The translations under genes and the position numbers were made by a program. A DNA stretch of 64,000 nt from Microthyrium microscopicum (Eukaryota), in assembly GCA_010405405.1 (NCBI GenBank), contig MU004237.1:1375345-1439344 (forward strand). Direction: 5' to 3'. Positions within the stretch are counted from its first letter, which is position 1. Every line of letters starts with the position of its first letter. The notes under the pieces are model-generated. The model had not been told where the DNA came from. It saw only the letters and a list, made by a program, of their open reading frames with translations, and did not search any database. Below are positions 48,276 through 62,516 of the stretch, one piece after another.

Positions 48276-51200
48276 CTAGCTTTTATCAACACCATCCTCC
48301 TTCTGCTGCCTCATCTTCTTCTCCTTCCTCTTCGTCCCCTTCAACACATTCAAAACCTTTCGACCACCCTGTAAATAAATCCACGAGAACAAGAACACCA
48401 GTCCAAACTGGATAATAATGTACGCCCAAAAAATCCCATAATCCCTCCAAACATTCGTGTAGTAAATATTAAAACTCGCCGCAAATTGATCACCATTCGC
48501 AAACTGACAATACCCACACATTCCACCCGGCTGCGTTTGCACATATCCACCCGCCTGTTGGGCAAATGGACCGGCATAGGTGTCACAGGACTGGCCAGAC
48601 GGGGGCGTGAAGAGCGCGAGTTCTTGCGTTTCGCATTGGACGGGGACATTGTGGACGACTAGCGAGAGCATGGCTTCGAGAAGCCATTTGAAGGGTGTTA
48701 CCCAATACCTTTGGAAAAATTAGTAAGTAACATGGCATAGGAAGGGGGATGTAGGGGAGGTGGTTGGTAAGGCATGAGTGGAATAGGGGCGGATAGGGGA
48801 ACTTACATCCAACTTCTCCAGAATGTTGGTAGTGCAGGATATGGTACAACGACACCACAGAATGAGACGATGAAGGTGAAGAAGACCGGGACTAGGAGGG
48901 AGGCGAGGAGCTCGTTGGGCGAGAAGGCGGCGATAAATTGTCCGAAGCCGAGATAGAAGAGCTCAAAGGATATGACCATTAGCCACATGCTGGCGGATGT
49001 ATAAGTGTCTCTTGGGAACCAGATCGCCCTATCGAAGTGTCAGTATCCAGTGGCCCTGGATCGTGGATGTATATAGACTTACCAATACCAACAGCACCAA
49101 TAAATCGTGCCTGCGACAATTCTGTACGGTATCTCAGATACAATAGTTCCTGTGACGAAGGCAACCCAGCTGTAGATCTTTGAATTCGCTTCTCTGCTTT
49201 CATAGATATTGCGTGCATTCAAGAAGCGTGGCTGCAATTGTTGAATCAATGGTGGAGAAATCGTAAGTGTCATGAATACGCTGAAAATACGACTTTGCAT
49301 ATCAATCTGCGAATTGCCCAAATGCCAAAACGTAAAACTGTTGAACAAACCAGTCATGATATGCAGAATAAACATGCCGAGCACATAGTCCTGATTTCGC
49401 CACATCGCCACAAAAGATCGGTGTGACACTGTGAAGATCTGCGTAAGTAGAGGCATGGCGTATGTGCTGTTGAGGGTTTTCTTGTTAGAGTCGGAGGTAA
49501 CGTTGGATTTCTCGCGGCGGTCAGAGATGATGGACTGGATTTGTTTTGTCAGCGCGCTGTTTTCTTCAGACTTTTCCCAGATGTCGCCCCAGTCTGGGCC
49601 GTTGTAGTTTGGATCGCCGGCACCAATGGCTTCGAGCATGTATTCTGCTGGGTTGACTTTTGGTGGACACTTCTTGGCGCCGTTGCTTTCGAGGTAGTCG
49701 AGTAATTGCCTGCTGTCCTGTCCTAGGTCGCCAAAATAGACTGTTCGACCACCACTCTTTAGGAGTAATAAGCGGTCAAAGTTTTCAAAGAGTACGCTAG
49801 AGGGCTGATGGATTGTGACGAGGAGTGCTTGGCCTGCGTTGGCGAGTTTGCGTAGGAAGCGCAGAATGTTGAACGCGGCGGCACTGTCGAGACCTGATGT
49901 AGGCTCGTCAAGGAACATGAGGAGTTCTGGTTTGGAGGCGAGTTCGACGCCGATTGTTAGTCGTTTGCGCTGTTCTTGGCCGAGGCCATTGCCTGGTTCT
50001 CCAATGACTGCGCCAGCGATTTCGCGCATCTCGAGGAGATCGATGATCTTTTCTACGTACTCATACTTTTCGGCAAGGGGAGTGCTTTTTGGTTGACGGA
50101 GTTTGGCTGAGAATTGCATGGCTTCTCTGACGGTTGCTTCGTGGTTGTTAGTATAAACCGACTATGGGGAGAGATCGTATGCATACCAGTAGGCTCATGG
50201 ATATCCATCTGTTCAGCAAACCCAGAAGAACGCTGAAATGACTTTGGCAGCGGCTTTCCGTCGACCAAAAAGTCTCCAGTAACAACACCCATACGAATCC
50301 GTTGCGCCAGAGTATTTAGCAAAGTAGTTTTGCCAGCCCCGGAAGCTCCCATGAGCGCCGTCAACTTGCCAGGCTGTACGAAACCTTGAACATTCTGCAA
50401 TAGTTGACGTTGGCCACCTTTGTATGGAATCTTGTCTACAACATGTCAGCAAGGATGTTCTCAGGAATCATAATTGACAAGTACTTACAGTTGACATCAT
50501 GAAACGTAAAAATAGCCTCATTGCCAGCAATCTCCTTGACTTGGTCTTCATTCTCCTCCTGCGAAGAATCGCCATTGGTACCGAAGTCCTTCTCCTTGGT
50601 GCCATCTTCCAGATCATCAGGACGTTCTGAAGATTCGATCGCCTTAGTAACGCTGCTAGGAGCTTGACCGCGTTTATAGATAGTAACAGCTCCACCGCCC
50701 TTGTTTGGCTTTTGCAATTCCATACCAATGATTGTAATCGCGAAGAAGAGGGCAAAAAATGCCCATATAATCCCAAAGTTTCGCCATAAATGGCTGCGGC
50801 TGTATCCATACGCCACGGAGATGTAATTCGCGCCAGAAACCGTAGCAGAGCCTGGGGTAGAGCCTTGAATTGCGCAGCCTTGGTTGGCTACGTTGGCGCC
50901 CGGGATGGAGGGGACTAGATAGGGTGTTACGCATTGCATTTCCAGGTTGTAGAATTCGTTGGACATGACTGCTTCAAAGGCGTATTGGACCTAGAGTAAT
51001 TTATCAGAGAGAACCAAGAGGATTGGGGGTACAAACTTACAGGATTGCACCAGCGGAGCCAGGAGAACCAGGGATGCATCTTGCGTGGTGGGATCAAGTA
51101 GCCGGTATAGACGATGAGAACTTGTAATGCCACGCCAGTGACTCTCGTAGCGGCATCTAGACTTCCAAAGGTAGCGCCAACACACCGGAAGAAAGCGTAC

Positions 51201-53754
51201 ATGGTCATGGTAATGGAGAAGATGATGAGCAAGCTGATGAAGAATTGGCTCGGTGTCCGTTGCAAGTTTGCCATGAAGTATACAACCAAGTTGAATATGG
51301 TGTTTTGGACAAAGACCAGTGGAACGTCAATGACAGTTTGGGCGATAGCGTAGGCGGCTGGTCGGTAGAAACTGAAGGATTTGTGCTTCATTAGAATTGG
51401 ACGAGATTCAAAAGCGGCGTTAAGTTCTGCGAGGGCGAGGAGGGCGTTGAAGAGGAGCATGAAAAACATTACACCACCTCTGGTGAATGCACCTTCTACA
51501 GTTTTTGGCAGGTTGTAGAACAATGAGCCTAGGTTAAGTTAGCTGGAGGTACTGGTATAAAAGACGAGGAAACAAGTTTTTCAGTGTCATATCAGATTTC
51601 CAATGAGAGACAATCTGATATGAAATCGAAATCATGATACCAACTTCATTGGAATCGCAGAAAAACATACCAACAATCAAAGCCTGGAAACCAATACCAG
51701 CCCATTTTCCAATAAGCGACTGTCTATCCCCAAGCATAACCAACCATTGCCGTTTCGTACAAGCAATAACCTGCGCCGGGAAGCTAATAGCATAATTCTT
51801 CGTCTTTGTCGCCTTCCCTGTACTCGCCTCACGCTGCCTCAATTGCTCAGCAGCATGTGTTTGAAACTCTTCAATCTCTTCCACATTCTCCTTTGCAATA
51901 TCAGACTTTGCAAAAATGTCCGCAAACTGAGCAGCAGATCTAGGAATTCTATCTTCCCAGCCTTCCTTGATATGCCGTTCATGCGGATCCGTCGTAGACG
52001 TCAAGAAATCTGCGGTAGTCCATCGATCAGGCTGGATAAAACCTAGCCCCTTGAAGTAATCTGCTGCGCGGTCTGCGGGCCCAAAGTAGCAGCATTTCCC
52101 CTCGTCGATGAGTAGGACTTTGTCGAAAAGCTCGTAGAGAGATTCGCCAGCTTGATAGAGGGCGACGGCGGTGCTGATATGCGTCATGTTGGTCAGTGAG
52201 CGGATGGAGCTGACGTATTCTAGTGCTGTGCTGGCGTCTAGACCGCGGGTGCTGTTGTCCCAGCATTGTGTGCTGGCACGCGTAATCATAGCCTGAGGGG
52301 TTTGTTAGTATGAGAATAGGGGTGGTGGAGAGGGAGTTGGTAATGTACTTCGGCGATTGAAACTCGCTTCTTTTCACCGCCGCTGACGCCACGAACGAAT
52401 TCGTTGCCGACGAGCGTGTCCATGGTGTGTTCGATCCAGAAGAGTTTGGAGACTACGCGCATAAACTCTTTGATGTATTGGCCTTTACTCTCGCCTTCAT
52501 TTCGAGAGTCTTTGCCAGGAGCTTTGGTTTGAAGCGCAAACCTCAGTGTATGCTTGACCTTCAGCCTATTATCCATTAGTCAAATTCATGCAGCCAGCAA
52601 AAACTGAGAAGTACAACATACGTCGCATAATGAAGATCATCTTCCGGGTTATACAGCACCTCCCCCCGAAACTTCTTCCCCATCTCCGCCGCCGACGTCC
52701 CACCATACGTGACCTCCCCATCAACAGCCTCATACCCAAACCGCTGATTTCCAATGACCTTCAAAAAAGTCGAACATCCAGATCCAGGACGTCCCAGCAC
52801 AAGACACATCTCTCCCGGCAGAATACTACCACTGAAATCATCAATGATAGTTCTCACTGGTGGTTTACTCTTGATACCCTTCTTCCCTTTGAAAAGACCA
52901 CCAATAAGTCGCGGCAATCCCATGAAGATATCGCCAGTACTAGCCTGCAACGCAGCACCAAGTCCCATACCCTTGACGGTCAAGTTTTTCCACACAACAC
53001 CTACATGACGCGTCTTCTCTTCTTCGCTGTTTGCTTGGCGGGTACGGCCGAACATGCGCGAGAGAAGACGTTCGATTTCTGCTTGTTCGCCTTTTTCTTC
53101 TTCGGTTTGCGCGCGGCCGAAAGATGCATTGGTCTTTTTACGAGAAAAGGAGCCGTTGGTTCGGCGGCGCGAGAGGGTGCGGATGAGATCATCTTCTGTG
53201 ATTTGGCGCTCTTCAGTTGGTCGGGTTTCATTATTATCGCCTGTGTGCTTTTCATTGGTGTCGGTGGTTCTGCTAGGTCCGGTTTTGATGGGTGCGAATT
53301 GTGGTGATGGTGAATCTTCCGCTATTGACGCGGGATCTTCTACGGCTTCTTGGTCTGGTGGTGTTTCTACGTGGGTGGTTGTATCGGAGACGGCGACAGA
53401 TTGTTGACTTTCGTGGATTCCGGAATGGGTCATGTCTCCTGCGATTGGTCGCGCAGGAACTGGCGCGGCAACAGGGTGTGGTGGTGAAGCTACTACCTGT
53501 GGTGGTATATCTAGAGCATGTGGTGTTGAGTCTGTCTTTGTTCTCGTGACCGTTCCCGCAGCGGCCGGTCGTGCATTCTCGGTGGATGGATTTATAGCAT
53601 TTTGGTCTGCAGTAGGGTTGGCAGTTGGACGGATAGTCGCCATGGATCTTGTTGATATTTCTGAGGGATTTCGACTGTTCATTGAAGGGGTACCTGGCCA
53701 TGCTCCAGGAACATGGTCCATGGAAGGAGTAGGTTCCGCAGACCTATCTGCCAT
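48276..53754 (-). CDS. atrF: Full-size PDR-type (ABCG) multidrug ABC transporter, AtrF-like; multi-exon
   Basis: NBD1 [34 protein letters not shown]1; NBD2 [34 protein letters not shown]2; C-terminal WRDYGIFW. The N-terminal [25 protein letters not shown] recalls Aspergillus AtrF (symbol from memory, tentative). Confidence 0.92.
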
Positions 53755-54858
53755 GATTGCGATCAAGAATTTCTCTAGTAGTAATTGTCTTTCGTGGAAA
53801 CAAAAGAGGCGTCTAGATTGTAGAGCTCGCTAGAAACAAAATGGTATCAATGTTTTTGTCAGCAATGCATCTTGAAAACAACAGACGACATGTACAAACA
53901 CAAGAACACGATGTATGCTAAGGTTAAGATAGGAAGTGAAGTTCAGCAAGGGATGAGGATCAAGCTATTTTCCATGTGGACGGGACATGGATAAAGTTTC
54001 CACGCTACAGCCTTGCAGAATGATTGCAGATCTCGATGGGTGCGGCGCCGTAGAAGGAAAAGAGAAGATTTAGTGTATTTAGACTAATTTAGTGGACATA
54101 TCAATCTCAAAGGGTGGAATCATAGACGTCATCTCGACTCACCGCGTCATTTATGTATTGATATACTCTAACAACCACATGCACCCTACAAGTCCGATTG
54201 GCGACAAATTATATATACGCGTTAGGCTGCATTCTTGGGTATTGCTGGGCATCTCAGATGTTAGAGTACAAGTACGGCCAAGACGGGTTACACGTCAGTC
54301 AATTTAACCACTTTGGCCATAGAATCCTGGGACAGGAGAAGCTTGATAGACTGTTCATAAGTAGCGCCATGCATCATCTTTGTAATAACCGCGTTGCGAC
54401 ATCATCTGCAGAGGCGCATTATATATGTGAAAATTGAGTCTGAGGATAGTTCAATCTTGATGTTGAAATTTCAAAAGAATAGAGTAGCTTGCAAAAGGCT
54501 CTCGTGCTTCTCGCTTCCTCGCACACTCAGGCTGATAACATTTTCCTACATTGAACGCGTCTGAATTGCAGCTTCCGACGAACCCGCTGGGTGTTAGCAT
54601 ATTGAAGATTTCTGCATTATCCACTGTCGCGCAGAATACCTACATTCGATACAATGCATGACAGTGTACGAAATCTGTGGATGTTGAAGAGACGGATGAA
54701 TTAGAAATGTAAAAGCCGTTCACGAACTCGGCTCCGAAGAACGCTCCAGAAAAGTGGCGCTGCAGATCGGATCCGAACCCTAACTTCACGTCCTCAGCAG
54801 AGACTTTTACGCTGTACATGTACAACTCCAACACACCTCGTATATTCTACCCAATTAA

Positions 54859-56680
54859 ATGTCTGATGCCTCCATAACCACACCAGTCAACTCACCAGTA
54901 GCACGTGAAGACGACCACCAAATTCCCAAGGCCCAACTCTCCTGGCGTTCCGCCCTCGCCATCCTCATTAGCATCCAAATCGGATCCGGCATCTTCTCCT
55001 CCCCAGCTTCAGTTGACAGCAACGCCCCCTCACCCATCGTCGCCCTCTCAATATGGATCCTCTCCGGTCTCCTAAGCTGGGCGGGCGCAGGCGCATTCGC
55101 TGAACTAGGAACGTGCCTCAAAAGAGCGGGTGGGATCCAGGAGTATTTGAGGTATATTTATGGCGATGCGGCGGCCTCTTGTATGGCCTGGGTGTGGATT
55201 TTTGCGGTGAAACCGAGTGCGATGGCGATACAGGGGATTGTTATTGGTGAGAGTATTGGCTATGGACTGAACGACGGCAGGCAAGGCAGGTTTCTGAGTC
55301 CTTGGACGATGAAGGGAATCGCTCTGGTCGTGATGAATGTGATTGTGCTTTTGAATCTTCGAAGCACAAATGCGTCAGTGAAGCTGAGCAGTGCATTCAC
55401 AGCAATGAAGCTATTTGCCGCTGCGTCGATTGCAGTGGGTGGCATCGTAGTTGTCTTGAGACATTTAGCTGGTCATAGAGATCCAGATAACTCGGACTGG
55501 TATACCTCTAGCTGGGTGGCACCACGAGTGACTATGAATAATGGTCATCGCGTCGATTGGAGAACATTGCAGTGGTGGAGACACCTTGAGCATTATAGTT
55601 CTGCCATATATGCTGGTCTTTGGGCCTACTCGGGGTGGGATAATGTATTGAAATCCCTTCTTTTGCATGGAGATGACTGACTGGTACAAAGGTAAGTTTC
55701 ATCGCTCGAGATATTCGAAATCCTGCGACAGAGATACCGAAGGCGATTAATGCTGCCATGACTATTGTGATGTTCTGTCAGCTGTTTGTCAATGTGTCAT
55801 ACTATATCTTGATACCGTGGAAAACTATTCAGTCTAGTAATGCCGTTGCCGTTGTAAGTCATACATATAAACTCTCTATACTAAAAACCCTTCGTTTCGC
55901 GCATACCACCTTTCGATAATAATCTCGACTTCTCTTATTATGCTGGCTGATATATCTGCCAGGTAGCAGCGCGATCCAATCTAGGACCAGTTGCTGCATT
56001 GATCATGGCCTCACTAGTCTCCGTATCGTGCGCAGGAACAATACAAGGAACGATATTCTCAGTCGGTCGACTCACCATGGCTGCCGCTGACGACGGTTAC
56101 CTTCCCGCTATCTGTGGTAGAATAGGCATTCCCTGGAGAACGTCGGAACTACCCTCAATATCCACAAGCCATACCAACGACGAGCATTCCCCTCTGCTGC
56201 AAAGTCATCATCCAGAACATGTAGAATCTACGCCAGATGGCAGCGCAGGAAATGAAAGAGAACAGCACTGGAATACACCAATGTAAGCTCCATCGCTCCC
56301 GCGCCTGCGGGCCTTCCCTCCATTCCCATTCCTAACTCATCACCAGAGTCGCAATGTTCATCCAAGGCCTCATGACATCCATATTCATCATTATCGGCAA
56401 CTTCAGCGAACTCCTCACTTTCGTCGGCATGTCCGTCTGGGCCTTCCTCTTCCTCGCCGTCCTCGGCCTAGTAATCCTTCGATACCGGGAACCTGAGCTG
56501 GAACGGCCTTATAAAGTGAGGTATATCGCAGTGCCGATTGTGTTTGTAGCTGCGTCGGGTGTTATTGTGGTGGTGAGTGTGGTGTTTTCGCCGGGGAAGG
56601 CGGCTTTTTTGGCGGCGGTTGGGGTTTTGGGCGCGGTGATGCAGAGCAGGTTAAAGGGTGTTAATCATGCCAGCAGATGA
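54859..56680 (+). CDS. APC-superfamily LAT-type amino-acid permease (Mup1-like), 4 exons
   Basis: IGSGIFSSP, AFAELGT....GG..EYL, GLWAYSGWDN, LR.REPELERPYKV motifs; many hydrophobic segments. Confidence 0.9.
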
Positions 56681-57218
56681 TGAAAACCACTACTTTACAG
56701 TCCAGTGGATACTACTCTGCATGAGTCCAAGAAGCAAAAGTTTTGTGGAGTATAGCATAGGCTGCATAGCCACTCTGCACCTAAGTAGGGAACGGATGGT
56801 GTTCAGGGCGAGGTTTCTCGTCATCTCGAAAATATGGTACGTTAGATCTGTCCAGCCTATTGCCCATCCACTGACATTCTTACCAGGGAAGGTAGTGCAA
56901 TATCTTTTACTTGGAAAAATCCTCATAGTCCGACAAATTTGCTGTATTTCTCGCTTGTATATTTTTGGAAACGGTTTCGAACGTGCCACGCTTGAGTAGG
57001 CCACTTTGGAGTTCGATTAGTTTTGGTGTGATATACTTCGATAAAAGAAGATGTATCTTGACCACGTCACAACTAATTCGATGGCGCTCTAGACCTCAAA
57101 AGTTTTCTTAGGACGATATTCTACCACACTCTCAACATGTTAAATGTCACCCAGGCACAGTCACTCGTGAATGCCACATCGCTTCTTCTACGAATCTGCA
57201 AAAAATAGAACCTTCAAC

Positions 57219-58067
57219 ATGGTCATGTTCCACAATACTGCGATCTTAGCCTTCCTCTGCATGAGCTATGTTCTAGCCGAAAATGCGCCGTCATACGGAA
57301 GTCCATATGACGACCGGCCGCAGAACTTTTGGAAATTATCGGACATCTCCTTCAGCGGGCATACAACCAACATCACCAATGCTCCTTCCCATTTCACACT
57401 CTATCGCACTTTTGGGGTTGGCCGGTGGAATAATTCCAGGAACGACGAATTCGCTCGATTCGTCCATCCCCTACTCACCGATCCACAGGAGTGGACCAAG
57501 TCACCTGTCGGGGTCAACTGCTCTTGGAATAACGCTGAAGCGCAGGCTGATCACAAAGATGCACAACCATGGCGATTTTGTGTCTCGTACTCTAACATGC
57601 CTGAGGGCGAGCAGATGGTTCCCGATGTACCGAGATCAAGACTTCGATGGCGAGTAAGAACTGCCCTGCCGTGGGAGGGTTGTCGAAATTTTATGAAGCG
57701 ATCTGGGCATGTGGGTGAGCGAACGGAAAAATTGTGGATTATTGAAGTCGTTCAAGCAATTCCTCTCCAATTGTAAGTGCTTACCACGTACACGTCCAAT
57801 TATAATTATGTCTACTCGTGCTCCGTCACTCAATTACTTGTACTAACTGTTATGCACAGACAAGCAAAGGCTGTCAAAAATGATGTCAACACTCGAGTCT
57901 TTGTTGCCAAAGTTCTTGTGAAACAATACATGCTGGACATCTTGGCGGATATGAAGCGCGGCATTTATGCTCACGGAGAGGATTTCGCTTCTCGAAATGT
58001 CGAGACGAAACAGCTGGTCATGTCAACGGCTGAATTTGAGAAGAAGTACGGATCTTGGGATGTTTAG
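57219..58067 (+). CDS. Secreted hypothetical protein (candidate effector), 2 exons
   Basis: Signal peptide MVMFHNTAILAFLCMSYVLA, several N-glycosylation sequons; GTAAGT..CTAAC..CAG intron joins in frame to QAKAVKND..SWDV*. Confidence 0.7.
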
Positions 58068-58771
58068 GTCTCTGAATTTGAGGAGAAGACTCCGGTTTTG
58101 GCTTTTAGCGCCAAAAAACTCCTGCTAAGTATTTGCGTTGAGAAAGTGAAGACTTGTGGCTGCATTTTCTATCTTTGTATATGGACCTGTTCATTGGCAA
58201 ACTTCGCAGGGATATATAATTTTTGCCGATGGTTTATTTCTTGAACCTACACAACCGCAGGGACGATGACTTTTAAGCACTCTGGCCCAGAGAGCAGTGC
58301 GATACTTATTAGTCTTCGGTAAGTTACCTATAAGTACAGGATAGTTTCATTTTCGATCCGCTTATCGATCTTGTACATGGATGGTAGAGTGTAGGAATCA
58401 AAGTGTACTGGACCAATCGCAAGCAGAAGGTCCTTTAGCATTTAATTAGTAGGCGAGTATTGAAGCCCAATATATCTGAAAGTAGGTCGCTAAATATCGT
58501 TACTTATACCTGTTTGAGCATTCACCCTATATTCTGCATCGTGGGGCTAATATAATGTTAGTAAAGTCACCTATAATTCATACTTGTTATGATATCAAAT
58601 CTCAAGTCTAGAGATTTCATCTCGATTCCAATTACTTTAATCTAACCTCCTTCTTCATTGTAGCTTCCCCAATTTTTGTTTTCTTCTTGTTCTTGTCATT
58701 TTTTTGTGTGAATTCTTGTCCATATCCACTTTCGTTAAGCATTCAACGGGCAACGTTGTAGAAGAAACAAA

Positions 58772-60066
58772 ATGAGGTCTCTGACGTCCCTAGCAGGGCT
58801 GCTCTCTGTGCTAGCCGCGGTGACAGCGCTACCACAAGCCGACAATGCGACTATCCAAGGTTTTACTAAGGAGGGCCTCGCAGTAATGAATGCTGAGATG
58901 AAGAAATGGGTAGACACAAAACAAGGTGCTGGTGTTGTTACTTTGCTCGCCCGAAATGGTGAAATTGTGGACCACAGCGCCTATGGAGTCATGGATTCTT
59001 CGGCTGCGACGAAATCCGAGATTCAAGTAGGTTTTCTTATGGCGATTTGATTGTTAGTCTATTCTAACAGAAAGCAGAAAGATTCAATTTTCCGAATCAT
59101 GTCCATGTCGAAGCCTATTGTAGGCGTTCTGATGATGATGTTCTTCGAAGACGGTAAGATTGTATGCATTAATCTTGATTTCTGAGCTGACAAATTCCAG
59201 GTAAATTCAAACTGGATGACGATGTTTCTAAGCATGTCCCAGAGTTCGCCAACCTCAAAGTGAAAAACGGCAGCCAAATGGTCCCCCAAGCAACCCCCAT
59301 GAAGATGTTCCAACTACTAAGCCATTCCGCCGGCTTTGCCAGCATGTTGACTGTCCCAAGTCCGACACTAGGCACGATCATCGAGCCTCTGATTAAAGCC
59401 CAGCTAGGTTTCCAGCCCGGCAAGGACTGGCAATATGGACCCGGAGTGGAAGTCCAAGGGTACCTCATTGAGAAATGGGCCGGCAAAGATCTCTCAGATA
59501 TCCTTCAAGAGCGCCTTCTTGTCCCACTAGGCATGAAGGACACTGGATTCTGGGTGGATCCATCGAAAGTCAGTCGTGTACCAAAAGTCGTTTCTGCACG
59601 AAGTGGCTCCATCTCTGTCTTGCCTATGAGCGTACCAACGTCCAAGCCAAAGAAACTCTTCCCATCTGGTGGTCTGCATGGAACTGCGCAAGACTACTTC
59701 CTTCTGTGCCAGATGCTGCTCAATGGAGGCGAGTATAAGGGCAAGCGCTATCTCAAGAAGGAAACTGTTGATCTCATGCATAAGAATGTGCTTGAGCCTG
59801 GTGTTAAGGTCAAGTTTGGTGAACCTGCTGGTATTGGCTTTGGATTGGATTTTGCGATTGTCTTGGATCCGAAGCCGGGTAATAACAATCAGCCGAAGGG
59901 ATCTTATTATTGGGGTGGTCTTTATGGAACTTGGTTCTGGATCGATCCTGTCAATAACGTCACTTTTGTTGGGCTTATTCAGAATATAGGTGCTCCAATG
60001 ACTGGACCGACTTCACTGCGGCAGATATCTGCGAAGGCAGCTTATGCGGCTATGAAATCCTCGTAG
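58772..60066 (+). CDS. Secreted serine beta-lactamase/esterase (class C/PBP-like) family protein, 3 exons
   Basis: Signal peptide, SIFRIMSMSK (SxxK), LLSHSAG, FQPGKDWQYG, PLGMKDTGF, SGGL, YYWGGLYGTWFWIDP. Confidence 0.92.
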
Positions 60067-60487
60067 AGCAATCGATCTGAACTCTAGATATGATTTACTG
60101 TAAATGTGCCATTGAATGGTTAAAACTATCAATCAGTCACAAGTCCATAACTCAATGATAACGATAAATGAATGGCCTGTCGCCATCAGTTTTTCGGTTC
60201 CCATGCGATTCGGGATTTCGTCGACCTTGTTTTTCTTAGCGAGTGCCTACAAAACCGCTACAGAGCCTCGAATACAATAAGGTACGATGGTGGACATCGC
60301 ACTTTATGAGAGCTGGGTATTTGTTGTGTTGACCCATTAGGTCACTTTTCTTCGCAGTACCCCTTCCCCCATTTCCATCTCTGCTGCTGCAAAGCAATAT
60401 CACAGGTGTTTCCCGTCAATTTCTTGTTCGGCGGATACACATGAAATGATCGGCTGCCACTTTCTTTCACGTTCTCCGTGCGACTCT

Positions 60488-61821
60488 TCAGGTGTGCTGA
60501 TATTTCTCTCGAGCTAATCGAACATGCTCTGGAGCATCAGGAGCATTGAGGTAGCCAATCATGATGAAACGATCCACTATAGCTATTCTGCGTTCTGGGT
60601 CTTTTTTAGCTTTCTTCAATTGCTCCCATGTCAGTCCACGACCGTGATCCATTCTCGCACCGTGGAACTTGATATCCTCAGTCTTGAGTTTGTTGTTTGT
60701 TGTAAGAAATTCGTAGGTGTAGACATGTTTTTTCGCCATCCAAGTAAAAAGTTTGGGTTTTATGGTGCTATCATCACCTGGCCGAAAGTGCATGCGCTTT
60801 CCAACATTCTTCAGGTCATCGTCGTCGTCCCAAGGCTCATATGAATCGCCGGGTTTTCCTTTCTGGAACTGAGGCTTTCTTGTTGACCTTGGAATTTCGG
60901 TTTCACATGGTTCAGTGTCGATAGATGACTTCGCTGGAGTCGAAAGACTGGGTTCGGCAGTTTGGCGGCTTTTCTTGATAGGTAGAGAATCCGAATGATT
61001 ATCTGCTGCTTTTCGTTTTATATTACTCTCAAATACTTCAGTTGTTAGTTGACTGAGCCTCTCATAGTTTCATCTTTGCTTACACATCTCAAGTTCGGTT
61101 TTCGGCTTTGGCTTATTTTTCTTCCTAGTGATTTCTTCCCTGATATTTTTCTCATGTGACTCACGTTGAAGCGTTTTGTAATGAGAATCCGACTTTCCAG
61201 GTGCTAGTTTTGCAAGTCCCTCTAAGGCATCAATGTCTCGTATGACACACTTTGATTCATTAGAGACCGCGACATTAAAGCGCGCATTCAGCTCATTGAT
61301 TTCGTCTTCTGTCAACTCGCCGGTGATCAGCTTGGCTCTTTCTTCAAAGCCGGTGATATTTTGATGGTGAAGGTCAGATCTGAACATCTGCTTGAATTTG
61401 ATTCCTGTTTTGGACTCAACAAAGGCTTGGAATCCATCTTTTGATGAGCTTTTCCGCCAGTATAGATGACAGTATGCCATGAAGAGCCACATATGCTCAT
61501 CAATTAGGTATCTCTCCAGGATATCCGGGACGCACTTCGAGATGTAATGGCAACTTTCCAAAAAGGTGTCAAGTGTGATCCTATTTCACTTTATTAGCGC
61601 AAGTAGAGCTTAGCAGGATGCACAAGAACAATCGAACGTTTTGAACATATCATCATAGTTAAAATAGCCTTGAAACGCTTGATATAATTTGCCTGCGTGA
61701 GTTTTTGCCTCGATCCGAGCGACCGAATCCGAGGAGTCCTTTGTAGGTAACATCTTAGCATAGATACTCTTAACGAATTCATTCGAAGATGACATACCTC
61801 TGAGGTCGATGGGTCTTGCAT
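60488..61821 (-). CDS. Hypothetical lineage-specific protein, probably 4 exons
   Basis: Three GT..AG introns with branch-like CTAAN sites join MQDPSTSE / DSSDSVARIE.. / ITLDTFLESCHY.. / ..MHFRPGDD..YQHT* in frame. Lys-rich, no recognised domain. Confidence 0.6.
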
Positions 61822-62516
61822 GCTGCTCAGGTTCTAACTTGCAGAAAATCCTGGTTTTGCCAAAAAAAGGAAGAGATCTTTCAAGAACAATTGATGTCAA
61901 AGAACAAAGAGAAGACCTAAATGTATCGTGGATATGGAGTACCAAATGGATGGAGAGCATGCAGCAAAGCTTATGAACGAGGAATTGGTGTGTATGTGAA
62001 GGCAATGGCTCAGTGACATTGCTGAACTTACGAGACGTCCACTTGCCAAATTAGGAAGTCATCACAACTGAATGTATGACCTAGTACCTAGGTAGAGTTC
62101 AAGAACCAATCGACTCTCAAGTCAAGTCGCTGAGTTTTGTATCCGTGAGCAACATCGAGTGCGGTAATTGTATCCAAGTGAGCAGTCGGTGTCAGGGTGA
62201 GTCGAGGTCAAAATACTACCTGGTCATCCCTTCCTCATCTCTTCCCTCAACTCAAGTCTCTTGAACTTGACTGCCTGAGAAACATCAGTTACCGTGACGA
62301 ATACACATGAGCAGTCTCTTCGTGTCCGAATTGGGGAAACCAAATTTTGTAAGCACTATATAATTTGACCTCCACCCAGAGTACCTCTCCATTACTTTTA
62401 CAGTCCACTACCTCAACTCCTAAGCTTGTCTATACCCCATTGAATTTATCAACCAGTCTCGATTAAGAAAAGCTACACATTGGCCCCTTTTCCCATTGGG
62501 TGTTTCACCACCAGCC

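Noticed and set aside
52588..53833. Long plus-strand ORFs (e.g. 239 aa) opposite the ABC transporter
   Set aside because: Antisense shadows of a real coding exon, as are most alternate-frame ORFs in the track.
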